Assembly: GCA_016934535.1 (NCBI GenBank)
Contig: JAFGSQ010000008.1
Location: 1 to 45,564, forward strand
Direction: 5' to 3'
From: a candidate division WOR-3 bacterium
GTDB taxonomy: Bacteria > SDB-A
Length of the DNA stretch: 45,564 nt
Part shown: piece after piece, positions 44,727 through 45,564 of the stretch
How positions within the stretch are numbered: the first letter of the stretch is position 1
Layout: each line of letters begins with the position of its first letter
Made by a program: the position numbers and the translations under genes
The notes under the pieces: model-generated
What the model was told of the DNA's origin: nothing
The model's input: only the letters and a program-made list of their open reading frames with translations
Database searches by the model: none

Positions 44727-45563
44727 TCAAATCATTAAAACCATTTTTTTTGTTATACTGAATTCACCTGAGCTCAGGTTTACAAAATACACCCCTGATC
44801 TTACAATGTTTTCGTTTTCGTCCATAAAATTCCAAACAAGATGTCTTTCGCCGTTTTCAAAACTTTCTGATGCCAGCTCTTTGACGAGAGCGCCGGTTAT
44901 GTTGAAAACTTCGACGTCGACAAACATCGATCGCTGAAGAAAAAATATGATATCACACGTCCTGCAGAGATAATTCGGTTTAACAGACAAGAGCAATGAT
45001 TTCTCAAATTCAGTTTCTCCGGATTCTTCGACATAAGTCAGGTTCGGCCAGTCGTCGGGCATCAAGAGCTCCATCAGAAAAATTCTTTCCTGACCGACAT
45101 CCTGGCTCCAATTGTCCGCCCAAACGATTTTGGAGCCGTCGTCCGTTATGGCAGCGTGCGTCTCCTCCCAGTATTCCTGAGTAGTGTTGTAGAGCTTGGA
45201 CAGATAAAATACCCTCGGATTTTGCCTGTCGAGTCTGACCAGTGTCAACGTCCTGTCCAACCAGTTCTGTTCCGGAAAAGAAGGCTCTATAGTTGTTGAT
45301 ACAACAGCGAAACCCGGATAATTGCACGAAATGTGGACACCTGAATTCAGGCCAAAAGGAGACCCGCTGTTGTAATATAGTATCATAATCGGAGTCCTGT
45401 TCGTGCCCGCGTAACTTCCTCCGGCGACAAGAATCGGCTGAGTGAGAGTGTCTATCGGAATGAGGTCAATGTAATCAGTTCTGTTGTTCTGCATTACCAG
45501 GACTTCATTTCCTTCCACGTCAAGGCCGATATCGGCATGAGACGTAGTGTAGTCAAGTCTGTG
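44727..45563 (-). CDS. Secreted protein with FlgD/T9SS-like C-terminal domain; 5' end lies beyond the window
   Basis: The frame is open to the window edge (HRLDYTTSHADIGLDVEGNEV...). C-terminal VFNITGALVKEL..G..WNFMD..SGVYFV..KKMVL. Confidence 0.8.
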   Translation of the reverse strand, partial: HRLDYTTSHADIGLDVEGNEVLVMQNNRTDYIDLIPIDTLTQPILVAGGSYAGTNRTPIMILYYNSGSPFGLNSGVHISCNYPGFAVVSTTIEPSFPEQNWLDRTLTLVRLDRQNPRVFYLSKLYNTTQEYWEETHAAITDDGSKIVWADNWSQDVGQERIFLMELLMPDDWPNLTYVEESGETEFEKSLLLSVKPNYLCRTCDIIFFLQRSMFVDVEVFNITGALVKELASESFENGERHLVWNFMDENENIVRSGVYFVNLSSGEFSITKKMVLMI

Positions 45564-45564
45564 A

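Noticed and set aside
1-45564. CRISPR array, prophage, IS element or tRNA-anchored island
   Set aside because: By eye I saw no regularly spaced repeats, no integrase, transposase or phage genes, and no duplicated tRNA 3' end. Short or degenerate repeats could have been missed without a self-alignment.

Overview
A 45.6-kb bacterial chromosomal window with no phage, transposase, integrase or CRISPR signal. It probably comes from an anaerobic diderm. The basis is several outer-membrane barrels, T9SS/FlgD-like C-terminal domains, a sigma54 system and a selenoprotein; an FCB/WOR-3-like affiliation is only inferred. From left to right it holds: four minus-strand tRNAs (Glu, Thr, Tyr, Gly); sppA, a hypothetical gene and glgB; an RbsB-like binding protein paired with a hybrid histidine kinase; an Orange-protein (ORP)-like Fe-S/ATPase operon with a sigma54 promoter and an OrpR-like activator; a secreted beta-helix protein; a GNAT; a 1280-aa tandem-cyclase/NTPase/TPR protein; a selenocysteine peroxiredoxin that the ORF track splits at an in-frame UGA followed by a SECIS-like hairpin; a Ktr/Trk K+ uptake operon; a CBM9-type protein and S41 peptidase/MarR-GNAT divergon; a three-gene TPR/cyclase operon; a vWA gene pair; gene remnants; and a DUF362 Fe-S protein. 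The most striking item is the operon at 33199-37101. Two adjacent, translationally coupled class III nucleotidyl cyclase genes have lost complementary halves of the catalytic residues: one keeps both metal-binding Asp, the other keeps Lys/Asp/Asn/Arg. A third gene encodes a cyclase-less paralog of the TPR array. This points to a cytosolic, obligate heterodimeric bacterial adenylyl cyclase with a separate TPR subunit. All family names come from motif recognition by eye; no database searches were run.
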